A DNA stretch of 64,000 nucleotides from Oikopleura dioica (lineage: Eukaryota > Animalia > Chordata): NCBI GenBank assembly GCA_907165135.1, contig OU015568.1, positions 11,594,001-11,658,000 of the forward strand, written 5' to 3'. The notes under the pieces are model-generated. The model ran no database searches, was not told the origin of the DNA, and worked only from the letters and a program-made list of their open reading frames with translations. Positions 1 through 13,306 of the stretch are shown here, one piece after another. Position 1 is the stretch's first letter. Every line of letters begins with the position of its first letter. A program made the translations under genes and the position numbers.

Positions 1-828
1 CCCGCACGTGCAGTGTTTCTAGCGCCGGCAATTCAGGTAATTCGACGGTTTTGAGTCGATTCTTCGCCGCGTATAGCTTTTTCAACTTCGGGAACGAGTG
101 TAATCCCTGAAAATTTGCTTAAAAAAAGGTAACGAAGATTCTGTCACCTCAAAACTCTCCAAATTGTTGTCTCTTAGCGAGAGACTCTCCAAGTTTTCCA
201 TCGAAGGAAGAGTTGAAAGCTTCGTGTTGTTCGTGTTTAAATTCAAAGCTGAAAATCGAAAGATACTCTTTATATGATTTGCCTTACTTTTGAGCATTGG
301 AAAGTTACAATTCGTTAAATCGATCAATTTGTTGAAAGATAGATCCAGTAATTGAAGATACGAAAAGCTAAAAAATATTGGGAGGAGAGAATCCAGGATT
401 CTTACCTTGGCAAGTTCAAAGTCGATAAATTATTTCTGTTGCAATCGAGGGAGAGTAAGAATTTCATTTGTGATAGTGCGCTCAGATCGTCAAGCTTGTT
501 CGAGGAAAGTGTAGCGTACCGAATGTGGGAGTAATCGCTCAATACTGCAATGTCGTTTAAGTCACTCTTTAACACGATTATAAATAAGAACATTTTCATA
601 TTTCACCTTTGACGCGTCTAGCTTGACGTATGCATACGCTGATCCATCACCAGTTCGTTCTAACCGAGACAAGCATTTGGTGATTGTTTCTTAAGTGTTT
701 TTCATTCGCTCTTGTTTTATTTTCTACGACGTACCTTTTGTCAAGGGCACTCCCTTTTCTTCGACAGCATTTTCTTCGCCTTCTCCAGGCTGAATATCTC
801 CCTCGTGATTTTCTTCAACATCCGACAT
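1..828 (-). CDS. LRRC23: Leucine-rich repeat protein 23-like, multi-exon, 3' end runs off the window
   Basis: Splicing GT-AG introns gives MSDVEENHEGD...LTK/ETITKCLSRLERTGDGSAYAYVKLDASK/SDLNDIAVLSDYSHIRYATLSSNKLDDLSAL.... This matches the LRRC23 N-terminal motif (LxKTGNGLAHAYVKL...DLTDI..L.SY.HLRY). ATG at 828; TTTCAG acceptor-like site near 880. Confidence 0.8.
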
Positions 829-1149
829 TGTGTTCTTTCTCGTTTTCTTTTGTCACTTTTAATTTTTCCAAAACAGTCTGAAAAGAACTGACGCTAGAAA
901 AATCGCGCGGGTGGCTTTTTTTGAGCAAACACGATGTGCTCCTTTGTTATGAAAAGCTTGAACAGTAAATTCCAGTAGTTTTCATTATTCGAAGATGATC
1001 ATCGAAAATGCGGAAAGAAATTTAAAAACGATTCAGTGCCTTTTTGCAGAACTAGTACTAAAATTGAAAAACTGAGGGGAAATTTAATAGTTGCTAGGTA
1101 ACAAAAAGAATCTTATTTCAACCATAACCAGTGCCAGAGCTTTTTTTCG

Positions 1150-1790
1150 CGGTTATTTTTAAAGTTTCTCGTTATAAAATTTCTCTTTGATGCAGAAAAT
1201 GAGTTTGCCAGACTCTCATTATGTTGTTTTTTAAGTTCTAGAGATTCTCAACGGAACGTACAAATTCAAACTCTAATGCCAGGAGATAGTTATTTCGGAA
1301 ATTCAACCCATTTGCCGATAGATGATCCTAAAATACGATCCCTTTTCCACAGGCGCTTAGGCATATCAATGATCCTGGCGCAATTAGGGATAAAACTATT
1401 CCAACGGACTGACGTCACCAGACCGAATTGATTTATCCGAAATAATTTATCCCTCTTTGCCGAGAAAGAAATTATCCGATAAAATTTCATCTGTTTTGTT
1501 GCTGACAACTAACCTAAACGAAGAACTCGTGCTGACGATCTCGAACTCCAATTTCAAGCCCTTCATCCGCCATTTAATTCAGTGGGCTCGCCATCATATG
1601 ATCTCAAAGCGAAATCGAAGCCTCATTCCATGAGCTCACCCAACCTGGACTCTGAATTTCCGTTGAGCTTATTCCCACGCGAATAATATCCAATATAATA
1701 ATTTTCTCGTCAATCTTGTTTCTCTGTGACATTTCCATTGACTGTGGCTCATAATTTAGAAACTAAAGCCATTATTTCCCGCTTTTAGGC
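1150..1790 (-). CDS. Possible hypothetical multi-exon gene
   Basis: ORF 1290-1508 with a GTTAGT donor and AG nearby; no recognisable domain; exon structure unresolved. Confidence 0.22.
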
Positions 1791-1833
1791 TTCAAATTAT
1801 GTATCACGTTTTGCGAGCACGCGGTTGGTGCTG

Positions 1834-2035
1834 CGACGTCATCAAGAGTGGGTGTAGATTCCTCGGAAAGGTAGGCGAATACGTGACGTCAGGACTAAAC
1901 GTCATGGTGGTGCAATGCTATCGCCTCCACCAAGAGCAGCCGGCGGCGGTGCTGCGTCTCTGACGTGAAAATGACGTTCGCCCAGAGCTCAGGACGTCAC
2001 CACCAGAGCTGGATTTTCTTACATTTTTATAAAAA
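1834..2035 (+). promoter_or_regulatory. CRE/ATF-site cluster plus TATA box upstream of the zinc-finger gene
   Basis: Perfect TGACGTCA at 1884-1891; further ACGTCA/TGACGT cores at 1834, 1898, 1961, 1972 and 1993; TATAAAAA at 2028-2035. Confidence 0.6.
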
Positions 2036-2201
2036 GCTCAACGAGATCTGATCTAAACACAGATCAGGCTGATAATTAAAATTCCTTAAATAAAAATCTA
2101 CGCTTGGAAAATTTCTAGAGACCGCCAGAAGGCCGCAACGAGGAAAGAGCAGTTAAACAAGAAAAAATCCGCAGTTTATGATCCTTTTCACACTCCAGGA
2201 T

Positions 2202-3557
2202 ATGATGGAGTCTCTACCGGGATCATACCCATATGACGGTAAATACAAAAACAAAAAATAAAGCAAAGGGATCATCCAAAGGGAGGTCCCGGGGCCAAGT
2301 TTATTTTACCAAGACCAACCATGCATAAACTCTATAATTGAACACTGGCACCCACCGGTCAATTAAAGTGCCAGATTTCACTGGCCATGAAAGAAACAGG
2401 AGCTTTTGAGAAATTTTCTGCACCGAGATTTTTCGAAACTGTTTCGTAGAGAATTTCATGAAAATTGCGATGTTTTATTGCGAAGGTTTGTCAAAAAATA
2501 TACATTTTTCGGACCCTTATTCTTATTATTTTATGAATTTCAAAAGTCTAAGTGAAGTTTTAGATATCAAAATGGAGTTGGCCCGCGAAGATGAAAGCAT
2601 AACTTTGGTTCGTGCTGCCCTTGGGCCTCCAGATGACTCTGAATCGGACATTATTGAGACTGTTCTCCAGCTAGAATCTGACAGAAAATCTTCAATTCTT
2701 TCCAACACGAGCAATCCCCAATCGACTTCAAGCAGTATCAACCTTCCCGTCACGGTGCCAATGAAGTTAGAAACAGTCAAAATTGAAGAATACCAGCCAA
2801 CGGTAAGCAGCTAAAATATCGTTTTTGCAAGCGCTCCAAATACTTCGTTCGTCTAAGACATTTGAGCTGTTTTGCCATCAACTAGTTCTGTTTAACAATG
2901 CTCATGACGTTTTAGGTTCCCCAGCCTCCTCCACCACCACAAGGCGAGGGCTCAAGATGTGACGTGGTGCCCCAGCTGACCTTTCATGACATCACAACAG
3001 ACTTTTCGGTCAACCCACAGAAACCGCTACCCCCTCCGCTGGAGAAAGAGGACGAACAAAATGACTACGTCCTGCTCAAACTTGACGGAAAGTCCTCAAT
3101 CGGTAAAGAGCCACAAAGAAGAATTTCTCAAAGTATAAACCGGCCGAGTGGCTCATCAGAGATGATCACAGACAAGACACCGTCAGAGAATAAAAAACAC
3201 AAATGCGCCTATCCAGGTTGCGAGAGGTCGTTTGTTCGTCCGGCTGAACTTCTGAGACATAAAAGGTAAATTTAATCGAATCAAAGCGTTCTTCAATTTT
3301 GATCCAGGACACATACGAATGAACGCCCTTATGTGTGCCCAACTTGCAACCATGAGTTCAAGCGCAAAGACCATCTGAAGTCGCACATTCTGATCCACAC
3401 AGACGAGAAAAAGTACTCCTGCAAAAGATGCGATTACCGAACAAATCGCTTAGATACACTGAAGCGTCACTTCAAAACACGGCATCAAAAACTGGGAGGA
3501 CCTCCTGAGGACTGTCCATCAAAAGCGAAGAAAAATGACTTCCAATCTGAATACTAA
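2202..3557 (+). CDS. C2H2 zinc-finger transcription factor with three fingers, EGR/KLF-like
   Basis: Exons ~2202-2238, 2564-2801, 2916-3265, 3308-3557. Fingers: [82 protein letters not shown]. Confidence 0.85.
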
Positions 3558-4156
3558 AAGGTGAAGCCTAATCCCAATTAAACCGTACCCAAGCCAATAA
3601 GAACCTCACCAACTTCAAAAAAGAATCAAAACTCGTTATGAAACTCAGATTATATATTTTCTTTCTGCACGCAAAAGTTGAAAAACTACATTTCTCGGCC
3701 TTCATTTTTTGCTTTTAGCCTACACTCTAATACACTATCCTAATATATTTTCTTCTTTGCTATTTCTGAATATTCGCCCTTTTACACTAATCAATCTTTT
3801 TTTATTTCGAAGAGATAACTTAATATTCTTCTATGTCTTCCTATGGAAGTTCCATGCGAGAAACTATTTAAATATCTATTTACTAACACAATTTCCTAAT
3901 AAAATTCATATTGAAACGGAGTTTTTTCTATATAAAAATATGGAAAAGGAGGATCTTATTTTCAAGTTCGGAATATCAAATGTCGTCTGAAATGAGCGTC
4001 TACGGTTAGTGTCAAGGAAATTCAATTAATTGCCTCTTCGGTGAAACCTTACCCAAGGAAACTTAGCGGAGACTTGAGAGAGTTTACGTCACATTTGGTT
4101 AGGGGTTGAATGTTCATAATTTCAAGTGGACACTGATTGATGCATTTCAGGACGAA

Positions 4157-5530
4157 CTAAATTACGTGCAAGATGAAGGACTGAATTGCTGTCTGGCCGT
4201 AATTTTTCATTCTTAGAAGTTTTATTAGAAACACAGAAAGCAGAGAAAATTTTATACAAAGAATTTGCAGGATAGAATCACCAACTGTAAGGGTTGTTAT
4301 TAAATGATACAGGGCCGATTGTGAGTTGCGAAATACCCTCGGTAGAAGATCCCGTGCTTCTTCTTCGACGGCTGTTTTCACTACAGTCAGGCTCACACGT
4401 ACCAGTGCTACAAGTCCGAAGTAATAAATGCCATAAGTCTTTTGATCCTACCTGCTGTCGCAAACGCGAACATCACAATGGAAGAATACATCTGATGTTT
4501 GATCAATTGCAAATGTGAAAGAGGCCAAGCTAAAGGCTGCAAAGTTGCTCTGACCATTTTGAAACATTGTGAGTGTGTGGTAGGTGCTCATTTCTATCTC
4601 ATCTCCGCAGTAGTCGTTGATGAAATGGTAGCTTGGCTCTGAGTCTGGATCGTCACTAAAATAGTAGATATTTATAGTAATCCCGTTCAATATTATTTTA
4701 TCTTTGGATGATTAACAAAACTAAAAATAGAGATTTTTCGCCTCAGAAAATCACCTCGGCAGCCTGATGATAATCATTGATAAACTTACGTGGGAGTCGC
4801 CCAGCAATGTTCCAGTTGAATGACCAGATTCTGATGAGCTTCGAGCATCGTTACTCCGACAAAGAGTGGGTTGGGGACGTACAGGACAGCATCAGAGGGC
4901 ACAAACTCGGTGAAAGAGCTGTCTTTGTAAAGTGCCATTCCGATGTCAAACTCAGCCAGCTCGCCACCAAGGTCGACGTTGATTTCGTAAAGGGATGTGC
5001 GAGCGGGGTTGGCGGTCGAAACTCGAATGAGTTTTTCGAAGTCACAAGAAAAGTCAATTTGGAGAGAGCGTTCTCGGGTGATTTTGGCCGTCGAAATTCC
5101 AGCAGTTCCTGAATTATTATTTTATTTTTGCTGGACAATTCAAACAATTGTACCAGAAACGCTGTTTGAAAATAGAATCGTTGTATCATTAATGTCAATC
5201 GCTGTGTCGCAGTCTCGGACATCCCCTCCAACTTGAAAATTCCACAGATCATCCACCATCTCTCCCGTGCAGTTATTACTTGCAGTTGATGAGGGAGTGT
5301 CGACTATGCTACCAGGGCCGGAAAGAAAGGCCGTCGTGGGGTCCATTCGCAGCTCCTCAAAAACGCATTTATGAATACTTACCCCAAAGAGAGAAGGACT
5401 GCATGTGGTCGTAACTGGCTAAAGACAAGACTCAAAATTTGTTTTTCAAACACATTTTTATACATAAAAATTAATGAATGTGAATCTTTCCTGGGTTATT
5501 CCTTGCGTATCGCAAGCCACAGAGCTCATT
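4157..5530 (-). CDS. ZP (zona pellucida) domain protein with furin site and C-terminal hydrophobic segment
   Basis: TTCSPSLFGVSIHKCVFEEL (ZP-N start); LQIDFSCDF; VIQLEHCWATP; YHFINDYCG; FQNGQSNFAAFSL; VFFHCDVRVCDS; then RRRRS cleavage site. 5' end approximate. Confidence 0.85.
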
Positions 5531-6005
5531 TTCTTTTTTCTTCTCTTTTTTCTCTTTTAGTTTTTTGTCTTTTCGAGTAAGTCTTGAAAGTTTTTGATGA
5601 TTTCAAATAAGGAAAATTCAAATATAATGCTAGAAAATCAAATAAGCAGATGCGCAGTCTTCCAGAACCCTTTTTATATTGAGCGCTTTTTTCATTTAGA
5701 ACATGCATGTCGCGCCACCTACTTCAGTCGCCATGAGGGCTCGCTAGTCTAAAAACCGCCAAAGGTATCCTTTTTCATCGCATAAGGTAGACGAGTTTGA
5801 ACTGTAATTTGCTGATTTAGATAAGGCAGATCGTTCGCCCTTGAGAAAGAAGAAAGTTGGAATAATTATGGATGAGCCTGATTGATTATTAGCTATAATT
5901 AAAGTCGCGTGATTAGCGAACTTGGTGGTGAAGCTTGGGTGCACTTCAGATGCTCTCAAAGAAAACTCAGATTGAAACTGAGTAGATCGAGAACAGAGAG
6001 CGAGA

Positions 6006-6936
6006 ATGAACGATTTTATGGGCAACACAAAAGTCTTTATAAACGCTATTTCAAGTTGAAAATTACAATTTTAGTGCTTGAAAGAAGATTCTCCAAAGCC
6101 TGAGCCTGCTGTTGAAATACCAAGACTGTTTTCAAACCGATTTTGCCCTTATGCTAAGCGTGTGAAAGTAAGTTAGTACTTCTCTCTGAGTTTTTATGAA
6201 AGATTTTCCTCGCTCATTTGAAAATCGACCACGAAACGGTCAACATCGATCTGAACTCTAAGCCAAAATGGTTTCGCGAAGTGAGTCCTCTCGCTAAAGT
6301 ACCCGTCTACGAAAACAATGGCTCCTTTACTCCAGACTCGGTAGATATCATCAACCTTCTGGCGAAAGATAACAAATTTGAATTGTCGAAAATACTGAGT
6401 CAGGGAGAATTCAACGGATTTATGGAACAAATTGTCTCCCTCTGGTACAAGATCTGCTATTACAAAGGCATGCTCAAATATTTATTTAAAAACACTTACG
6501 CTTTCTTTATCAAGATCTATCTGTTATCGGCACGTTCGAAGAGGCTCTTAAAAATTTCGCGGCGCTGGAAAGTTTCGGAGTGTTATCTAAGTGCAAGACG
6601 CTAGAATTTGGTAAGCAAAGTATGCATTTTTTTAGATGCAGAATATTTTCAGATGACGTCCTTATTTGGCCTTGGATGGAGATGATCAACTTGACTCACT
6701 GGGAAGTAATTCAAAGACACGACGCTCTCAAGGATGGGGCTTTGATATTCAAGATCAACTGTATATTTCTCGTCACAGATTGTTCTGATTCAAGAGACAC
6801 GTTGACGGCGTTCATAGCCACGATTTAGACGTACATTTCTAACAAATCTCGATTGGAGCCCATGAAACTCACAAGGATCCCTGCCGATGTATTCAAGCGC
6901 TTTGCCAGTTCGCACGATTTTGACATCGACTTATGA
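6006..6936 (+). CDS. GSTO: Glutathione S-transferase, omega-class-like
   Basis: PRLFSNRFCPYAKRVK (omega CP[FY]A active-site motif); ETVNIDLNSKPKWF...PLAKVPVYE; DDVLIWPWME. Five introns, including a GC-AG and a probable GA-AG intron. Confidence 0.85.
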
Positions 6937-7099
6937 GCATTTATAACCTGCAAGAAGATAATAAACGCTGATTACAAAACTGATATCTCAGAATCGAAAT
7001 CGTTAGAATGTCCAATCGACTATTGCATTTTATTCACTATTTTTCACAAATATCATATTTTAATTATCACATTTTCACGGAAAAAACACAGTTATCTTG

Positions 7100-8813
7100 C
7101 GGGTAAGATTAAAAAAAGGAGATGGTACCTAACACAGACAGGATTCCCTACTTTGCAAAGGCTATCTAGACAAATAATCAACAATCATAGCGTTTTGGGA
7201 GTCGATCTTCGGACTCGATGGATGAAATACGGGGAAGGGGTCCCTAAAGCACGCAGTAACAAGAAACCGTACTTCATCCATTTGTGTTTAATCTTTTGAT
7301 GGGAGGCCTTGTAAGAGAATTGTCCCTTCATCCGCCTCGACCTAGAAGAACAGTTAGCAATTAAAAGAAGAATAAATTTTACCGTTTCACATTAATCGTA
7401 CAGGCACTGTTAGCAAGGGGATAGGATAAACCAAGTTCGCAATAAGCATTTTACGATCTCGAAGGTCCCCATCTTCATCGACGATCAGGCATCCGAAAGA
7501 TTTACGTACACGTCGGAATCATTCTTAAACGTTGAAATGTAAAAGATGTTTCTTCTATCTACAAGTCTTTATACTCAAAATTGAATGACAAAAACTGCGG
7601 GCACTCACATGAATTTTCACAACAAGATAAAGGTAAACAGCTAAAAATATTTTCTGCCTCACATTTTATAATAGTCTGATTTTGTTGACTATTCCTAAGA
7701 AATAAATTCAACATCACCTTACTAAGATAAATAGCAATAAATACATGTATTTCTTTGTTCAATATAACGATGTAAGAATCAAACTTCTCATCGACCACTG
7801 GAGAACCAGCGGACTCGTGTCGATGGAAGGCCTAGGAGCATTGAAATCTTCCTATAAAAGGTGCTAAAAAGGCGCAAAAAGTGTTTATGAGGAAATATGT
7901 TACATAAAAACTGTCGTGTGCCTTTCCTAAAGATATCAAGTCCGAGAAGAGTTGTCCGAGATCGACGCCACGGGGAAGGCTCCAGCCGATTGACGGTGTT
8001 ACTGGAAGCAATCTGAAACAAAAAGGCTTACTGTTGAGGATAAATGTATGAAGGGTGCAGCAAAGATCTATTCTGGGGGAAAGTCTCTTCTCTCGCTTTG
8101 GGTACTTATGTCTGAAAAATTAGAAAGGGTGTTGCCTCGATTCGGGCAATTGAACGAATGAAGCTGGTGAGCAGTCGGTCCACGTGTGCAGGAAAATCTT
8201 TACTGGAAGGTGATTCGTTGACAGCCAATTTTTGCATTAAAAAAGTCTCTAGATGGATGTTATCAGAGTCTGTCAGTCGCTGGCTGTTGCACCAAAAGAT
8301 CTCTAGACCAAATTGTTGATGCCACTGTTCTCGAAGCAGCAGCTTCGGAGCAGTTCCTGGGACACGAAGTAGTCAGTACGGTAAAATCCTCAGTCCGTGG
8401 TAGAGAGATCACTAAATCCGGAGATAGAAATGCGCAAAAGATAAAAACGCGTAAAGTCAAGTGAAGTTGTCAATCCAGAAAAGTGCCCTGGAACTCCAGC
8501 CGGATAAACGTGCACGGAGGAGATAAAATATTCCTTCCCCGTTTGCACAACACCATGTTTCATCGACTGTCTTTCAGACATTTGAATAGTAACTCTACCT
8601 CTGCAATTGTTTTTAATCATTTGCGTTTCCTAAACAGGTGTTGAAAAATATGAAACACCTGATAAGAAACCAGACGATGCGAAAAATTGTGAACCATCGA
8701 CAAATCTCGCAGCCAAAAAGTGTCAAACTTTGCTGAATTCTAGTGACTGCCTTGCGTATCCAGAATATATCTCCTGTCATAACTACCCGATCTCCCTTTA
8801 GAATAAATCTCAT
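7100..8813 (-). CDS. Probable fragmented multi-exon hypothetical gene
   Basis: Chain of short minus-strand ORFs separated by GT..AG intron-like segments (e.g. ~7342-7382); no recognisable domain. Confidence 0.25.
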
Positions 8814-9421
8814 GGTATGAGACCTGCTAATCGTATTGCTATACGACTTGTTGTGCTTTCATTTGATCATCATTTGACAATCAAAAACGCCGTACTTAGT
8901 TGACTTTGTTTATTGTTTATAACATGTACAGAAATAAAAATAAAAACCACGCCGACTTGTAGAATAAAAATATGTGAAGCTAAAACGTAAAAAAGGGAAA
9001 ATAAAAAACACACTCGGCAGTGAAACTAAAACTGAGAAGAGTAATGAAGCAACTGTGAAGAGGCTCCAGGGTTTAACACCAGTTCTCAAGTTGTAATGAT
9101 TTAGTATTGGTTTTAGCGAACGTTTTTGGTGGTGAGTGAACTTAGTGAAGCCTTCGTCAGGGGATCGTGAACATAACTTTGTGAGTTGTTTCGATAGAAA
9201 AAAATTGAAACTGTAAGTTTTCAAATGTATCGATTTCGTACTTTATCGTTTCATTTTTTAAGATGGAATGTGTGAAAAAACAAGAAGCTAAATATGGTAG
9301 GTACAAAAGGTAATTCAAAATGTACGGTTACTTTTCGTGTATCTGTAAAAAGTGAGTAAAAATTAAACCGGAACGGTGAAGCTTATTATTTCGATATCGT
9401 CTGATAAGAGGAACAAAAGCT

Positions 9422-9876
9422 CTAGTGAAGCTTAGAAGGCACCGTACGTGGTCGTTTGCTAAGCCAGCAATTCGGATTGAGACGAAAACCGTCAATTGCC
9501 GGGCTCAACGTCTTGCCATCCACGAGTTGGAAATTTTTCGCACCGCTGTTGAATTTTAGAAGCTCGGAGATCATCGTTTCTGTCACTTCTAAAGCAAACT
9601 CATTATTTTCTACTCATTTTGTTGAAACGAACCTTTGGGACCTGTGCCATGAATTTTCGATATCCTCATAAGCTCGTCGACTTGGTGGACTTCGTAAAGA
9701 CCGCGGTAGGCTTTTTCTTTGTAAAGCGCCATGTAGTGATTTGCGCCAGAGTTATTCATTGAGTCCAGTGCTTTCAGGCGCTCGTTTTTATTCACCTGGA
9801 TTTATGTTGAGCTAATCGAGATATAATTAAGCCCTACCGGTCCAGGAAGCGCGTGAAACTTGAGCGCCATTTCCAT
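9422..9876 (-). CDS. Small hypothetical protein (~120 aa, 3 exons)
   Basis: Two canonical ~44-46 nt GT-AG introns join MEMALKFHALPGP/VNKNERLKALDS...GTGPK/EVTETMISELLKF...PSKLH* in frame. Confidence 0.55.
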
Positions 9877-10677
9877 CAGTTGTTTGTTTGATTTGGTTGT
9901 TGGCTCCTTGAAAACTCGTGTGGTAGTAATCTGCGAGACGCAGCTAGAATTAAATGATTATCTACCGAAGTCGATTGCGTTTTTGGTTCGATTAGTAAGT
10001 TTTAGTTTCGACAGATAAACATGCGGTTAATCGTTTGTTTTATGAAAAAATGTTGAATTTCATAAGATATTCCAGGGTTTTCGACTGTTAGGCTTGCACA
10101 ACGTGTGTTTTATGGGTTATCTTTATAAGGGTCGCCAATTTTACTACGATGATAAGCACGTTAGTACGACAAGATACACTTAACACGTACATATTATCTG
10201 ATGATAAGGCCTGGGAGTGAAGGCTACTCCAGCCGCTACAAGAACTAAGAGTACAGAACTAGGAGTAAAAGATAAGAAGTTAATTCTACCTCATCGTATC
10301 CCAGTTTGTCGTAGATCGACCATCATAAAGCGTTGTGCTTTTGCTTCGAGACATTCTCGATGGCGATTCGCTCAAGTTTACGGCGCTACCGTAACGCTAG
10401 AAAGGACGTTATTTTCAATACAATCGACTGCGCAAAATCGAGCTGATAAATGAGCAAAGACGTTAATGGGGGATAAGTGACAACCTTTCTCAATATTTCT
10501 GATTCAAAATCTTTCTTGGTAAAGCTCTAAAAATACCAATTAAGAAAATCACTTTCCCCAAACTTACTTTATTGATCGATGGAGATTTTGATGTAGGACT
10601 TGGAATTCCTTTTTTCGCCTTGTGATTTTCAAGAATAATTTTTCTTCGCTCGCTTTCATGCTGCTTGGATTCGTTTT

Positions 10678-11754
10678 TCAGCTCATCCTGAACGATGTTT
10701 TAGAACAAACTCTAGCGCGTTTCACCAAAGATTTCAGTATTAGAATACACTTATCACCGCATACAAGTCTCCGCGTAATAATATTAACCTTTTTGAGAGA
10801 CCTCTTACTACAGGTAGTTGGATATTTAATAATTTTCGCCTGAACCGGCGACCTTCTGGTTACCGATGAAGCTCTCGCCTTTTTTGGTGGAGTTTTAGTA
10901 ACAGCTGTTTTGGCGCTTTTTTCTTCCGACTTTTTGCGGATCGCTTCGATTTTCATTTTACTAACCTCTGCGGCTCGTCTTCGCACTTCAAGTCGTTTCT
11001 GTTCTTCTCGCTGAAATCGCTTCTTGCGGATTTCTTGCTCTCGCTCAAGCTGCTTCATCGCAAAGGTATCTCGTTGCTTCGACGATAGTGTCTTCTTGTC
11101 TTTAGTCGGCGAAAGGGGTATTTCAAAAGCTGCGCCTTTTAGCTGATCCTAAAGAAAGAAGGATAAGACCGTTATTGTTTATCGAGGAGGAACTACCGGA
11201 GGCCTGTTTTCGTCTTGCTCGATTCCATCGGAACTTGGACTTCTGTTTGTTATGCTCGAAAGATTAGTCGAATCTCCTGTTCCGTCAACATGGATCGTAT
11301 GCGGTCGCGTTTTTGACGAGCAGAAGTCGCGCGCAGATTTGGCTTTGGCTTCGTTTTTGCTGGTGGTGTTATCTACGAATGGATGAGTCCCTTTAAAACT
11401 ACTGCTGCTTACTGGAATTTCAAAAGCTGTATTAGGTTGTTTGACATCTTGCGTATCCTTGGCGATGATAACCGGCGAACTTGATTGTGTCCATTTCGCC
11501 CTTGTACTTTTCAAACTTTCTTTATCAGGAGTTACTTCAGCACTTCCATTCAGGGATTTATAAAGGATGCTTTGATGCTCTTCAAGCGAGTAAGTTTCTG
11601 ATTCTAGCGCAGGTTTCTCTTCTTGGCCTCGATGTAAGACTGGGACGAACTTTCTGTCTTTCGACTTTTCGTCTTTTTGTGGCAATTTATCGACGGCGAT
11701 TTGAAGTCTTTCGGATAACTCGGTCACTTCTTTTACGAACCAATCGAGATCCAT
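10678..11754 (-). CDS. Hypothetical Ser/Lys-rich coiled-coil protein
   Basis: ORFs 11179-11754 and 10678-11058 linked by a short intron; charged helix KQLEREQEIRKKRFQREEQKRLE; TTCAG acceptor just upstream of the ATG. Confidence 0.55.
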
Positions 11755-11949
11755 CTGAATTATAAGAATTTATTGATGATTTTGAATGAAATGTTGGGTC
11801 AGATTTGCTTTGCTACAGAAGTACGTTAGGAAAGAAAATGATAAATTGCACTTGATACAGAAATTTTGCGACAGAAGATAGCACAAAAGCGGAGATAGTA
11901 GACAGAGTTCTTTGCGGTAAGAAATTATGCATATTGATTTAGTTTACAT

Positions 11950-13306
11950 TAGGGTCGGAAATTTCAGGGCCATGATCACGGTAGGCGCCGATATTTTTTT
12001 GGGTGAACCTATGGGAGGTACTCTTCCAGAAAATGCACATGGCCCTCGCTTAACCCAACATCGACAAGCAAAATTTAACCTGTTTTTGAAAATGGCCTTT
12101 TTACACAAAATTTATGTATTTTTACTATTAATTCCCCTTTTTTAAGCGTAAAAAATCAGAAATTTTTTTCAAAAATATATTTTTAACCCATAATCGGCGG
12201 TAAAAATTAAACCTATTTTTGGAAAAATTGTTATAATTCGCGAAAATCATGTTTTTATTGTTAAAACTTATAATTTATGCGGGCCGTCTCAGCCCCGTTC
12301 CTTGATTTTTGAATTTAAGGGGCTTGACGGCCCTTCGGGCCGTCTCAGCCCCGTTCCTTGATTTTTGAATTTAAGGGCTTGACGGCCCTTCGGGCCGTCT
12401 CAGCCCCGTTCCTTGATTTTTGAATTTAGGGCTTGACGGCCCTTCGGGCCGTCTCAGCCCCGTTCCTTGATTTTTGAATTTAAGGGGCTTGACGGCCCTT
12501 CGGGCCGTCTCAGCCCCGTTCCTTGATTTTTGAATTTAGGGGCTTGACGGCCCTTCGGGCCGTCTCAGCCCCGTTCCTTGATTTTTGAATTTAAGGGGCT
12601 TGACGGCCCTTCGGGCCGTCTCAGCCCCGTTCCTTGATTTTTGAATTTAAGGGGCTTGACGGCCCTTCGGGCCGTCTCAGCCCCGTTCCTTGATTTTTGA
12701 ATTTAAGGGGCTTGACAAAGGCTTGGATTTCTGAGTTGATCAATCTCAGTTTTGTCCCCAGCCCCACCCACATCCATCATTATAAAAATTTAATTTATGC
12801 TAGCTTTTAGCTTTATTATGGTTCTGATTTCAGGATTTATTTTTTCGAGAGTTTCTTTCAATTCTTTGATTTATATTCCCATGAACTCGCGGGGTCAATT
12901 TTATTGAAATTAGAATAAATATTACTGATATTTTTGCCTGTGAAAGGGCGTTTATTTCTTATATTGATTTGTTATGGATAATAATGCATTTTTTATTATA
13001 AATATATCATTTTTTTAAAGAAAAAATTTTTTTTTCGAAAATCCGTTAATTTTCCCCTGTCGAAAATAGGTTAATTATTATTTTTGATTTTATTTATTTG
13101 ATTTTACACGCATAAAATACTTTTAAAAATAATCTTAATAGATAATTTTAATGAAAAAAGCTATTTTCAAAAACAGGTTAAATTTTGCTTGTCGATGTTG
13201 GGTTAAGGGAGGGCCATGTGTATTTTCTGGAAGAGTACATCCCATTGGTTCACCCAAAAAAATATCGGCACCTACCGTGATCATGGCCCGGAAATTTCCG
13301 ACCCTA
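11950..13306. mobile_element. Non-autonomous hAT-like DNA transposon (MITE), 1357 bp
   Basis: Imperfect TIRs of ~150 bp: TAGGGTCGGAAATTTC at 11950 and GAAATTTCCGACCCTA ending at 13306. 8-bp TSD GTTTACAT at 11942-11949 and 13307-13314. No transposase ORF. Confidence 0.9.
12281..12716 (+). repeat. Tandem array, 8 copies of a 54-56 bp unit inside the MITE
   Basis: Unit GGGCCGTCTCAGCCCCGTTCCTTGATTTTTGAATTTAAGGGGCTTGACGGCCCTTC starts at 12281, 12337, 12392, 12446, 12502, 12557, 12613 and 12669. Confidence 0.95.
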
